NCBI RefSeq assembly: GCF_009914755.1
Contig: NC_060932.1
Length of the DNA: 64,000 nucleotides
Direction: 5' to 3' (one strand)
Source of the DNA: the human T2T-CHM13v2.0 reference genome, Homo sapiens
A program made the translations under genes and the position numbers. Below, piece after piece: positions 1 to 12,331 of the stretch. Each line of letters opens with the position of its first letter. Position 1 is the first letter of the stretch. Below the pieces are notes generated by a model. The model worked only from the letters and a program-made list of their open reading frames with translations, made no database searches and was not told the origin of the DNA.

Positions 1-1159
1 AGCTAGGTTCTGATCATCCTCACCAGAATCATTTGTTAGACTAGGATCTCATTTGATGAATCAGAAAAACTAACGGAGTCATTTCTATCTGTAAATCCCT
101 GTTTACTCACTTTTGTGGTGCACTGTCAAGCTTATTTTTAAGTGTACTGTGAGAAGAAAGATGATGGCTATCTTTGACCTTTGGTAATACTTGATTGGTC
201 CTTCTCTTGAGTGCTCTTGAGAAATATTTTAACTAAGATGGCTACAGTTTCTAACAGCCTTCTGTTAGCCATTTATTTATTAAATCTACTTCCCCCCATT
301 TATACCTCCCACACATTTTCAGTGACAGCTACCATTTTTATAACTCAAAAACAGTGAAATAAACAAACAGAAACCCCTCACAATTGTCATTATCTTTTCC
401 TTACTGAGAAATTTCTTTGAAAGAGAACAGTATATAATCGGTACAACCCACTTCAACAGAAAAGCTCTTCAAGGGCACACAGGCTTTGTGTGTGATAAGT
501 TCTCTCGAGATGAACATAAGTTAGGTTGAATAATTTCATGGTTTCTTGGTTACTGGGCTTAGGAGTACTCCATTGCTATAGCAATGATGTTAAAGACTTT
601 CCAGTTTTGTTCAAAACATTTTGTTAATGTCTACATTTCCTTTGGAGAAAAAAAATTATTTCTCCTTCTTGGAAAATGTGTTAAAAATAGAATATCTTAG
701 AATGGGAAGACATGTATCTAGTGACAGAGTTAGGACTAGCGTTCAGAAATGCCACACACAATTATTGGCTCATCAGTACATTCTAGTGTCATCAGTTTTC
801 AAGATGTCAAGAAGCCTCTGCCTGCAAAATGCTTATACCATTGAAATAAGTGTGTATACTGGAAATATATGAGAGAAAACACAATTACATGCTTTATTTT
901 TCTTTTGAAAGCTCTAAGTTTATTTTCCCAATTCTAATTCATGCTAAAGTTTCTAGACCACTATCCTTCTATTCTATTCTTTTACCTTTTAATCAATATT
1001 TCATTATTTGCTCCTCATAATTTCTTCCCTTCATGCATATCCATGCATGTCCCTAAAGCCTAAGAAATGCCTGGGTGCATGAGGAAAAGCACAGAATGGC
1101 ATTGATAAAGGGAGTAATTTTATTTCTAGCACAGTGATTACATAATGTTGCCAAAAGAA

Positions 1160-1540
1160 CACTGAGCTTAGAATCAGGACTGAGTTGCATTTTCTTAGTT
1201 GTCTTGAACAAGCTGTGTAACCATTGGTAAATTAAATATCTTGAGTTCAGCTGGGCATGGTGGCTCATGCTTGTAGTGCCAGCTACTTGGGAGGCTGAGG
1301 TGAGAGGATTGCTTGAGCCCAGGAGTTTGAGGCTGCGTGAGCCACGATCATGCCACTGTGCTGCACCCTGGGTAACAGAGCGAGACCCCAACTCTAATAA
1401 ATAAGTATCCTGAGTTCAGTATTATTATCTGAAAAAGAAAATAGTAGTACCAGCCCTGTTTGATACATAGAATGGACATAAATATCAAATATGTTAATTT
1501 AGTTGAAAATATAAGTAGAGATCACTTCAGAAAAGAGTTA
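1160..1540 (+). mobile_element. MIR SINE, degenerate, split by an Alu monomer
   Basis: MIR-core-like sequence (agctgtgtaaccattggtaaattaaatatcttgagttcag...tattatctgaaaaagaaaatagtagtacc) resumes after the monomer. Confidence 0.5.
1249..1401 (+). mobile_element. Free right Alu monomer (FRAM-like)
   Basis: Single ~150-bp Alu arm with a short A-rich tail; flanking TSD taaatatcttgagttc (1233-1248) / taagtatcctgagttc (1402-1417). Confidence 0.85.
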
Positions 1541-2989
1541 AAATCAAAAGAAAAAATAGTTAAGGACTTCTGTTATGAAAATAGCAATTTCAGCATGATT
1601 CAGGGTTCTTACATGTTGACAAAAGGTATAAAAACAACATACAAAAAAGAGGCGTATGTTTTTTTCTTTAGAAAATAGTAGTTTTCCCAATGTACCTTTC
1701 CTATAAGTTGTTCCTTCCTACCTTAAATGAGATTATGAAAATCCTTGGGACCCAAGGATTAACCAAACTGGAGTGACCGTTGAAACCCAGGAGTCTTGTA
1801 AAGCCAGAGACAGTGACAGTGTGAAGCCATAACAGACAGCACAACTGTACCTCCTTGCCATGTAGTCATGGTGGCCAACAAGATTGAAAAGAATCATCTG
1901 TACCTGAGGGCTGCTATGAAGACTGCAAAGGAACCACAGCAGTTACTGTAGTGCGCAGAATACTGAGCTCAGCACAGAATAACGCCGGGAGCCAAATGTG
2001 CACAGTACATCAGATAAAAATTAGTGTGGATTAGTGTGGTGGTTTTTCAGATTGGACAAAAACACTGCTCTTCCCTGCAACAATGTAATACAATGCATGG
2101 ATGCACAAATTTAAAGAGACAGAGATGGATGAAAAGGGAAAGAGTGATGTAGCAGCAATTGCGGCTGCAGTGAAAGTGGAAAGTCTTAAATATTACTAAG
2201 TGGACTTAAACAAATGCAGTGATAGTCTGTACTGACCTTTTGGAGAGGGCTCTAGAAAATATTAGGACTGTATTAGAAAATTAGGTAAGGGTAATTATAG
2301 GATCTTAGTATAGATTGATGCCACATAAGACCATAACCAAGACTGAGATTTAGCAGTTCCTGGGGAAGGTGAGGATATAGCAGAAAGAAATCTATGTTTC
2401 ATGTTAATGTAATAAGGCACACACCCTACCTTTTACTTCTAATTAAATCATTTGTTTTTATAGTTTCTATGTTTAAAAAAAATGAGTATCAATAGAACAG
2501 AAATGACCAAATTGGAGTGGACCCAACTAATATACAGACAAGTTTTAAATTCCTAAGAGATATTAACATTGGAAAACTCTGCAAAACCTATTATAGAAAC
2601 ATTGAAAATCCAGCTGGAACCAGAATAGGAAATATCTCAGGTGTGAGCATGTCAAAAAGGTCATAGAAAAGCTTGTTGGAAAGCCTAAGATGTGACAAAA
2701 ATGCAAGGTTTTGTTACTAAAAATCACCACTTAACACACAAGAAAAGGATCTCCAGAGTAGGTCAGAAGCTGCCAGTTGCCTTTCATGTACCCATTCACT
2801 ATGCTTCTCTTTCTGGGTCCCTAATGAAACGAAGGAGGTTAAATTTATTGGGAAGTACAAAAAGATAAGCACATAACTAGGATTATTGTTACAGCTTTCG
2901 TCTAAAATAGTCTTTGCCTACTAACTCTTTCTTGCCAATATAATCTCCTCTGTTGCTTTACTAGTTTGTTACTTGCTTGCTCAAGTGTT

Positions 2990-3520
2990 TATTCTTCATT
3001 CAACAACCATGACTCATCCTAGTAAGTACCAAGCACTGTGCTTTTACAGAGCTCTATTTGTTTAGCAAAACTAACAAATGCCCCACACCTCTTGAAGCTG
3101 ATAGCATAATGAAGAGGTAGAAATTACATGTACTACTGCGTGTCTGTGGATGAAGGACACGCATATCATTATAAACTGTAGTTAAGTGTAAAGATCTGCA
3201 GAGGCCTATGAGAGCATAAAAGTCAGGGAATCTTGTTTAGATTGGAGGGTCATGGAAGGCCTCCCACATGGAGTGGCTCTTAATCTGGGACCTGAAGGAT
3301 AGGTAGAAACAAGAGAATATTACTGTGGGGGCAAGAGTATTTTAAGCACAGAGACATGTGCAGATATCCCAACAAAGAATAGGCATATTTGAAAAACAGA
3401 GAAAGAAAATGTGACCTAAGTCTAGTAAATAAGAGAGGTGGCATGACAAAGGGAGGGTGAGGAGGAAGCCTGGGGTTGCATTGTGTTGCGGGAGGACCAT
3501 GCTAAGCACTCGGATGTTTT
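2990..3520 (-). mobile_element. L2 LINE 3' fragment
   Basis: ttcattcaacaa...ccaagcactgtgct...ggagggtcatggaaggcctccc...ctgggacctgaaggataggtag resembles the antisense L2 3' end. Confidence 0.65.
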
Positions 3521-4029
3521 CCCATGGGGATTCCCAGATTTCTGGACAGTCACTCTTCTCTTGATGGCATCTCTTAGCTCTGCTCCATTCTCTTCATGAT
3601 TAATTCTGAATTTCTTGTTACCAGATTTTCCAAATAGCTCTATCCTCTGTTTTCTAGAAATTTCTACTTAGTGTTCATCCAAGCACATACAAGAGAAAGC
3701 AACCATGACTGAAATAACACCATGATAGAAAATGACACCCAAAGTAGCGAACAACTAGGACCAACACTGCACATAAAATGTCACTTGTATGTTCAAAAAG
3801 GAAGACTTTAGAGGTGGTATGGGGACTCCTTATACAGGGTAGCAGGGGTGGATGTGAGTGCAGTGCTTCCTGGAATGTGTGGAAGCTACAGCCTCAAGCA
3901 GCTGCAATCACTTTCCAAGTGTTCAAAGACAAAATGGACTAGAGGGAGATATAGTAGGGTACAGGGTACAGGTTTTAGTTTACTTCTAGTGAGAATGCAA
4001 GCTTATCCTTAGTTCATCACTCAGTGAAT

Positions 4030-4300
4030 TTTTAAAAATTTTTCATTTTAATTTTGGGGGTATAGGTGTTTTTTTGTTACATGGATAAATTCTTTAGTGG
4101 TGATTTCTGGGATTTTATTTCACCTGTCACCTGAGCAGTGTACACTGTACCCCATATACAGTTTATTTATCTCTTACCCTGCTCCCAGTCTTCCCCCTCC
4201 TCAAGTCCCAGAAGTCCATTATATCATTCGTATGCCTTTGTATCCTCATAGCTTAGCTCTCATTTATAAGTGAGAACATAAGATATTTGGTTTTCCATTC
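4030..4300 (-). mobile_element. 5'-truncated L1PB-type 3' UTR
   Basis: ttacatggataaattctttagtggtgatttctg...cttagctctcatttataagtgagaacata; imperfect TSD cactcagtgaat (4018-4029) / cactcagataat (4301-4312). Confidence 0.85.
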
Positions 4301-6084
4301 CACTCAGATAATGAGTTCCAAAGCTCAACTTGTTGCTGGCAGCATTTATGGCTGTGATTCCCTGGCCAGAGCCCACCTATTCCATGACTACCTGAGAACT
4401 CTATCAGCTTTCTTCAGGAGACCTCCAGTTAGTTCTGCATGTCACAGAGGAAGTAGGCATATTTGAGGAAGACTTTCTCAAGGATTTTTTTCAGGTGGGT
4501 TTTCTCTTAATCTTTTAAATTCTGACCTTCCTCAATCACACCCTCATATACAGGAATGCAGATTCCTGAGGGGTGGAGAGTTGGGAAGGTGGGGAGGTGT
4601 TGAGGAATCGGGAGCTAGAGAGGAGAAAAAAAACTTTTTGCTTAAAGAAAATGTCAGCATTTTCCTTCTATGTTTTTAAATCTACAACTTTAAAAATACT
4701 CATTCTGAAAAAAATTATAGAATCCTAATAGCTAGCAATTTTTCAAATTGTTTAAAATGGTTAAATAAGTATTCAAAAATGAATTTATAGAGAAGAAAAA
4801 GCAATCTGAGGTGCCTAAATGCATTTTGATCTTGGAAGAATTTGCCTTAAAACAATAATCAACTGATGATTAATATTAATTTACTATTATTAATTTTTAC
4901 TTTAGGAAAATATAATCTCAGCAATTTCTATAGCTTTTTATGGAGACTGTACCAGCAACTAATTTTCTTCTCTTGCCTGTCACTTGGTTATTTATGTCTA
5001 AGGTGGGAATAATAGTCAGTAAATCCTGTAGGGCACCAGCCATTAAAAATTATTCTTTAGATTTAAATATGTGAGTTTAAATACTGCTCCAGGTAAGACT
5101 CCTGGGTGCTTAGTAGCTGAAGAGAAAATACAGCCACCACTCATTCCATTTTGCATATCCATGTTACTGTCTTCCAAATATAACATGGGGTTCCCTAGAG
5201 ATACTCTCATAGGAATAAAAAGAGAACTAATAAAAATAATGCTTAGTAATATTATTTTTAGGCAGCACTTTTCTCTAAACTTATAGGTCCACACCAAAAA
5301 GAATGGCAGACAGACAGCAGGAGGCAGTCCATGTGCAAGGAGAAATTAGCTACTAACCAGAATCCCTGGGAAGCAACCTTTCTGGGCTACAAATGTGCAG
5401 AATTGATCTAGTTAAATGGTCATTCTGCCTTATTTACATTTATTTTTTTTAATTAGGGATAATAATATTGGCTTGTTGCTTTCACAGGGAGTGGTTAACT
5501 ATAGAGGGGAAAGAGTGTGGAGAAAAATAGGGTGAGTTAGCTTCTGGTTAGGTTTAGTGTTTGGGCTCACTCTAGAAAGTAAGATTGTCATAAATTCTAG
5601 AGACTGAAAGGCTTCGGAAAGCAGGTAATTTTCTGTCCTGTCATCCTCTTGTCCTGATTTTCCTTTCTATCTGCAATCTCTCTTGACGGAAGCATATACT
5701 AGGGATGGGCATATCTATCTCATAAAGTAGTGGTTTGGGAAGAGTTACTCTCCTTCTATGATGAAGTTTCTTATGTTTTGGATATGCTTTTACATGCTTC
5801 AATTTCTAAGATTGCCATGTCCTATAAATAAAATAATGCCGATATTCTTAAAGACTTATTATTTAAAATAGGTGACTATATAAAAAATACTTCATAAGGA
5901 TTTTCTAGAAATTAAATAAAAATGAATAAACAAACCAGATTTAAAAAATACTTCAGTAGTCAAAGGAACTTTAGGAAGTTTGAACTATCAGGATTTATTT
6001 ACCACCTGGGTATAGAAAGTCAAGGAAAGGAAAGCATTAGTGATATTCGATTGCATAGGTAGGTGGATCCCACTAACCAGTCAT

Positions 6085-6430
6085 GGTAGGGTAGGTTACT
6101 ATGTTCTAACAAGCAAGCTGCGAATCACAGAGCCTTAAAACGCTAATATTTATTTCTTTTTAAGTCAATTTGGCAGGGAGATTAGTGCATCACAGGCACT
6201 AAGTTACCCACGTAGAGAAAGGTTGCTACCAAGCCACCATTTCAAAATTTCCTTCCATGTAGTGAGTCTGAAAGAGACAGCATGGATAATTATGTACCAG
6301 TTCTTTAATCTGTTTGCATGAAAGCAACAGATACACATGAATCTGTTCATATTTTATAAGTGGCCAGACATAAGTGCAGAAGCTTACAGGATGGATATGT
6401 CAAGGGAGAAAAGAAGCAGAACAGGGATAT
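6085..6430 (-). mobile_element. Old MaLR LTR fragment (MLT1K/J-like)
   Basis: gtaggttactatgttctaacaagc...aatcacagagccttaaaac...tatttatttct resembles the antisense MLT1 3' end. Confidence 0.45.
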
Positions 6431-7851
6431 ACTTTGGAAAACTCCAGCACTTAGGTACAGCTAGAGAGAAATAGTCAAAAGAAAACCACAGTAAATAATA
6501 GTAATATGGGCTGTATAAAACATATGAAGCCAAATTAAAATAAAAAGTACAGATAGGTATGTTTATTTTCTTATTTACTCGGGTAAAAATAATGACCTAA
6601 ACCATAGTTCTTATCGCTTGTCATTTCCAGCAAACATGCTGCACGTGGGTACATACAGTCCCTTGGAAGTCACCTTGAAACAATTCTGCCAATCAGTCAG
6701 CAGCAGAACAGAGCTAAAAGGAATTAAATAGCTCACACAGTGAGGAAAGCAATCTTGTTAAGTTGGGCTTCTAAGTGACCCCTGACTGACGTACCTCAAA
6801 CTCGGAAAGTCTTTGGCTTTTATGTTGTAGAAACTGAAATGTAAAGAACAGCTTGTCTTTTTGGAGTCGTGATTACAAAACCTACTAGAAAAGTGAACTT
6901 TCAAAGTTAAGCCTGAAAGAGTCACCCAAAGTGGTCCTCACTGCTCTTGAGAGATGAGGACTCTGATGGGCTGAGGATGGGCAATGGAAGAGGTCACATG
7001 ATCAGTAGGTAAAGTCAAAAGGTTCCAGATGCAAGAGAAGACGGAGGTTATTGGAACTGGGAAGCTTAGAAAAATCAGGCAATATGAGAAACCTATTATG
7101 TTTGTGACTCTTGGAGGATGGAGACTGCCATTTTGAAGAGGTCCTTAGTATGTAACAGGAAAACCTAAAGGACTCTAGGAGAACCAATCCAAGGTAAAAT
7201 GCTTTGGGGCTATTTTCCCCAGCTCCCTCTCTTGGGCCTGTGAAAGAATGAATGACCTTCTTTTCCTTTTTTTGAAAATGGCTTGTTTTATTATGTACAT
7301 AATTCTAATATTGAAAAAGTAGAGAAGTGTGAGGGTGAAGTGAAGCAGCGGACAGAAGGAAGGAGAGAGATGCCTGTGAGTGGTGGGTTTTCACACAGAG
7401 ATTGAGAAGTGGGTGGTAACCAGAGTGGAATGAGCACCTCGATTTATTGTTGGGATCACTGATGATCAGTTATCTCTGCTCCATGAAGGTTATCCTTACA
7501 CAGGGAGGAGAAACTTGGTGGGCACATTAAAAAGACGGGCTGCTTTGAAACTAGAGTTTATCCAGTTTTCCTCTGGTCATTGGAAGGTGTTGGCCTGAGG
7601 ATGACAGCAGCACACAGGCATTCATGAGATTCACTTTAGATGGGAAATTGGAACCAAAGAGAGAGAAGGCAAACTTCAAAGAGAGAAAAGATCTCAAGAA
7701 CAGACTGGTGACCAAATTCAGTGGAGGAAAAATGTCAACCACCACCTAATTTTTCTTATTTTCTGAACTTGCTTTTTCCAGGTCCTCATGGGTAAGCTGG
7801 TGATTTGTCCCCATCTGTGGATTAAAATACTAACCTAGTTTCATGGCTAGG

Positions 7852-8232
7852 TGTATTAGTCCATTCTCACACTGCTATAAAGAACTGTCATAGACTGGGT
7901 AATTAATAAAGGAAAGAGGTTTTATTGACTCACAGTTCCACATGGCTGGGGAGGCCTCAGGAAACTTACAATCATGGTGGAAGGCAAAGGGAAAGCAGAC
8001 ACCTTTTTCACAGGGCAGCAGGGCAGAATGAGTGCTGAGCAAAGGGGGAAGCCCCTTATAAAACCATAAGATCTCATGAATGAAAACTCACTCACTATCA
8101 GAAGAACAGCACAGGGGAAACCACCCCCATGATCCACTCACCTCCCAGTAGGCCTCTCTCTAGACACATAGGGATTATGAGATTACAATTCAAGATGAGA
8201 TTTGGGTGGGGACACAAAGGCTAACCATATCG
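7852..8232 (-). mobile_element. MaLR solo LTR (MSTA/THE1D-like)
   Basis: tgtattagtccattctcacactgctataaag...gggacacaaaggctaaccatatcg; 5-bp TSD ctagg/ccagg. Confidence 0.92.
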
Positions 8233-8499
8233 CCAGGTTGGTCAGAGATGGAGAGTGTAGTGGCAACCTTGGTACCTTTCTCATATGCCCCTGCTGGACA
8301 CATGCACAGGAGCATAGAATAAGGCTTGGGCTCCGGGAGCCCAGTTATGATTGCTGGCTTCTCATCTTTCCCTTGGAGATGTTTTGCTGCCAAGAAAATG
8401 AGCCACCTGGTGTTTCTAAGTCCTGGGACACAGGGCTCACTCTAATTCACTGTGCTCCCACTTTTTGGGTTGGTTGAGCTTATATCCTGCTTTTCTCTA

Positions 8500-8900
8500 T
8501 CTCTTAGGATGGACTAGGTTATGTTTAAGTAAAAAACTGCCCCCAAATCTCAGCAGTTTAGTAAAATATATATCTGTTTATTGTTCTCCTGGAGAACCCA
8601 TTTCAGGTTGCTGGGAGCTCTGCTCCGTATCTTACTCAGATATGAATACCATAGACGCCTGTGCCATCTGAAATGTCATCAGTCACTGGGTCAGAGGAAG
8701 AAAAAAAATATATTGAATGATGCACTAGTATTTGTAGACTTATTCCGTGAAGTCCTGTGTCTGTCTCTTTTCTTCACGTTGCTTTTATTGGCCACAGCAA
8801 GACACATGGCCAGCATGACTTGAAGTCTGATGGGGTAATAGAATGCTGGTGTGTATCCAGAAGGAATAGAACTGGAAAAATTGGTGATCACTGCAAGTTT
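8500..8900 (-). mobile_element. MLT1K-like MaLR LTR
   Basis: ggatggactaggttatg...ccccaaatctcagcagttta...ttattggccacagcaagacacatggcc. Confidence 0.6.
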
Positions 8901-9321
8901 TATCTCAGCTGCTGCTCTAGATTTCTGCCAGACTCTTTCCTAGTGTGCTGGCTTATTTCAGGACAGCACCTCAACTGGGAGGCCTGTCAAGGATTAGAGT
9001 TTTTGCCCCTTGACGTTTCTTCCTGCCACTTTTGTGCATGTTAGCTAGCACATGATGAACTACCTGCAAAGAACTGCTTGGGTCTTTTGGCACTCTGTTC
9101 TGCTCACTATAGCAATGGCTTCCAAACCTCTGGTAGAAAATAGTGTCCCCATGAAAAGGTGCTCGGCCAACCTACTCACATCTCTGGAGTGAGCCTTTCA
9201 TTGAATTGGATCTGCCCTTTTGAGTGAATCTTGAATCAGTTTCTACTTCCCTTCTCTTCATTTCCTTCTCACCTAGAATGACCTATAATGCCTTGTGTCT
9301 TTGTCATAAATTGAGCATGCC

Positions 9322-9631
9322 AGCTGGGCGCGGTGGCTCACGCCTATAATCCCAGCACTTTGGGAGGCCGAGGCGGGCAGATCACGAGGTCAGGAGATGG
9401 AAACCATCCTGGCTAACACGGTGAAACCCCGTCTCTACTAAAAATACAAAAAATTAGCTGGGCGTGGTGGTGGGTGCTTGTAGTCTCAGCTACTCGGGAG
9501 GCGGAGGCAGGAGAATGGCGTGAACCCAGGAGCCCAGGAGGCAGAGCTTGCAGTGAGCGGAGATCGCGCCACCGCACTCCAGCCTGGGTGACAGAGCGAG
9601 ACTGTCTCAAAAAAAAAAAAAAAAAAAAAAA
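9322..9631 (+). mobile_element. AluY, full length, with an internal 8-bp tandem duplication
   Basis: AluY diagnostics (atcacgaggtcaggagat, ccatcctggctaacacggtg, gagaatggcgtgaacc, gagcttgcag); ~24-nt A tail; TSD agcatgcc (9314-9321 / 9632-9639). Confidence 0.95.
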
Positions 9632-10400
9632 AGCATGCCTGCAAATCTCCTTCATGAACTCTCATGAGGACAGGTATTAACCTGCCTTGTCCTCCTTGCA
9701 GCATGAATCAATTTCTTGGTTTGCTGTCTCTGTTTCACTGCCATTTTCAGGAGATTTCATTTAACTGGACTTAAAGATTTTAACTTATTCTTCCGTGTGC
9801 CTCCCAATTTCCATCTGTTTGCTTGTGAAACATTGGGAACAAAAAGCATTGAAGACTCTGTCTCTAAAATTGCTGATTGAGATTTGGTATTTAGTAGCTA
9901 TGAGCAATAAGATTAGATGTGGTTATGTTTTGTTGCTGCTATGCTGACTAGGTGTGATGGAGAAGCACTAGGATAGAAATCAGGGGACTTTTCTTCTTGC
10001 TGTTTTGTTTCATTTTGCACACACACACAACCAAAAAAAAAAAAAAACCAAAAAAAACAAACAAACAGTTTTTTCTTGAATTTGGGCAAACCAGCTTTTC
10101 TTGTCCAATCCTTACTGCCACTATTTCCCAGAACCTGCTTCGTCATTCCCATCTAAATCTCCTCTTTATTTTCTTTGCCTTATTTGATATTTTTGTTGAA
10201 ATACATGTTGTGGTTTATCTAAGACTCATGGCTTGGCTCACTTATACTATTTGGATAATGTGTATAAGAGAATCCAATTTTCAGCAGGGATCCCCTCATT
10301 AATGCAGCCAGTCTAAAAACCTCTATCATCCTTTACTTGGCCATTGGCAGCCCAATCTCAGAGGTTTGGAACTTTTCTTTCAACGTCACCTGACTCCTTC

Positions 10401-11972
10401 ATGGGAACGACAGCAACGATTCCAAAGAACTCGCCACTAGGATGTATTCTTCAACACTGGGACCAGTTTAAATGGAATGGGCTTAAGAAAAAACTGGTGT
10501 TTCTGTGTAATACTGTTTGGCCTTGGTATTATTTGGAAAAACAAGAGAAATGGCCTCCTACCATTAAATGTCCTTTAATACTATACTTTAACTTGATTTG
10601 TTTTGTAAGCAGGAGGGAAAATGGGATGAAATACCATATGTCCAAGCATTTTTCCTGCTCATTCAGGATAAAACCCTGCAGCAGGTGTGTGCATGTTTGA
10701 TAAATGGAAAAGAATAAAAAGAGCTAGACATACTAGATGATCCTTTAATGCAAGCCCCCTTCCCCAATTCAGTGGGCAGTTTTGGGTGGAGCAAAACCTC
10801 CTCTGTCAGCTCTGAAGTTTCAGATGTGTCAGTCCTTTCTCCCTGTAGTTAACCTGAAAGTTCTATTGAGAACCCTTCATCCCCTCCTGCTTTACCCATC
10901 TAGTCCCACTCTATACCCACCACTCCCTGGGGAACTTAGCCAGCGAGTACTACTCTTAGTGGAGCCTCCTATCAACCTCCAAAGAAAAACCTTTGTACAC
11001 TTAAAGAGGCAGCAAATGGGGAAGAAGGCACTGTGAAGAGTACATGTTCCCTGTTCTATGTCCAATTTGACTCTATGTAAAGAAAAGCTTGGTGGTTTCT
11101 CTGAAGATCCAGGAAAATTCACAGATGAGTTTGAGAAATTAATTCCAACCTATAGTTTAACTTGGCAGTATCTGCATGTTTTGTTGTATCTGTGTTGTAC
11201 AGTGGAAGAGAAACAATGCATTTTGGGGACAGATAGGACCCATGCAGAGGAGGTATTGGCTCATAACCCGAACCATAATATATATCAGGCAGGAGGTACA
11301 GCAGTTCCAGATCAAGACCCAGAGTGGAACTATCAAAGGAGCAGTGAGGACTTGGGGAGGAGAGATCATAGGGTCACTTGTTTGTTGGAAGGGTTGAAGA
11401 AATGTATGCAAAAGCCTGTTAATTTTGAAAAGGTTAAGGAAGTTTCTCAGGGTACAAATGAGAATCCAGTTTTGTTTCAATAACATTTCCTTGAGGTAAT
11501 GAGGAAATATACTAACAGTTTTCCTGCCTCAAGGGAAGGACAAATCCTTTTGGGAGTACATTTTATAATCCAGTCTGCTCCTGATATCTGTAGGAAACTA
11601 CAAACAGCAGCTATGGGTCCCCAAACTCCTATGGAGCAGCTTTTGGATGTGGCATTTTTAGTTTTTAATAACAAGGACAAAACAGAGGAAGCAGAAAGAG
11701 CAAGAAGGACCTCCCACAAGGTGCAGCTCTTGGCTGCAGCCTTAAGCTCACCTCCCACATGGGGCTGCCCTCCTGGCCCTTGGCCTGAGCAAGGGAAGCT
11801 GAAAGGTGGGAAGCCCAAAGTTGAGTGTTTGAGTCACCATGCCTTGGGCATTAATCAGTGTGCACACTGTAGGAAAACTGGCCATTGGAAGAGGGATTGC
11901 CCAGCATTTTGAAGGGAGCCATCGGCACCCAAACCAATGATGGCTGAAATAGCCAGGCAAACCCAAGAGTGA
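10401..11972 (+). pseudogene. gag: ERV gag (MA-CA-NC), disrupted
   Basis: MGTTATIPKNSPLGCILQHWDQF (HERV-W/9-like MA); CA LGGFSEDPGKF...PDQDPEWNY; MHR VSQGTNENPVLF; zinc knuckle CAHCRKTGHWKRDC. Frameshifts in the 5' half, in-frame TAA at 11481 and TGA at 11910; probable natural stop TGA at 11970-11972. Confidence 0.92.
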
Positions 11973-12330
11973 CGGGGCCCGAGACCTTCCACCACAGCTC
12001 CTGTGAGACAACTAGCCATATCTCTCAAGGAGACATGGGTAACCCTTGACATGGCAGGTAAGAATATTAACTTCCTTCTGGAATGCTTACTGTGTTTTGA
12101 CCCATTATAATGGGTCTATTCACCCCAAAACTGTATGGTCAAGGGGATAGATGGACAAGCGCATATGTGCCATTTTACCTATCCTTTAAGGTGCTCTTCA
12201 GGGGCTTTGGTTTTTTCCTGAATGCCCCACCCCCTTGTTGGGAAGCGATTTGTTAACTTAGCTGCATACAGTAGTATCTTTTGGAAATCACAAGGTAGAT
12301 GAGAAATTGCTCCTCCTCCTTTCCTGTGAA
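11973..12330 (+). pseudogene. pro: ERV protease remnant
   Basis: WVTLDMAGKNINFLL[DTG absent]AYCVLTH...VKGIDG...PECPTPLLGSDLL, read across frameshifts. Confidence 0.85.
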
Positions 12331-12331
12331 T

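Noticed and set aside
1740-2240. Exon-like unique sequence, possible pseudogene
   Set aside because: No open frame or recognisable protein similarity on manual translation; only a 10-bp tandem duplication (attagtgtgg) was seen.
4570-4612. G-quadruplex candidate
   Set aside because: The four G-runs are separated by long loops (up to ~15 nt), so the candidate is weak.
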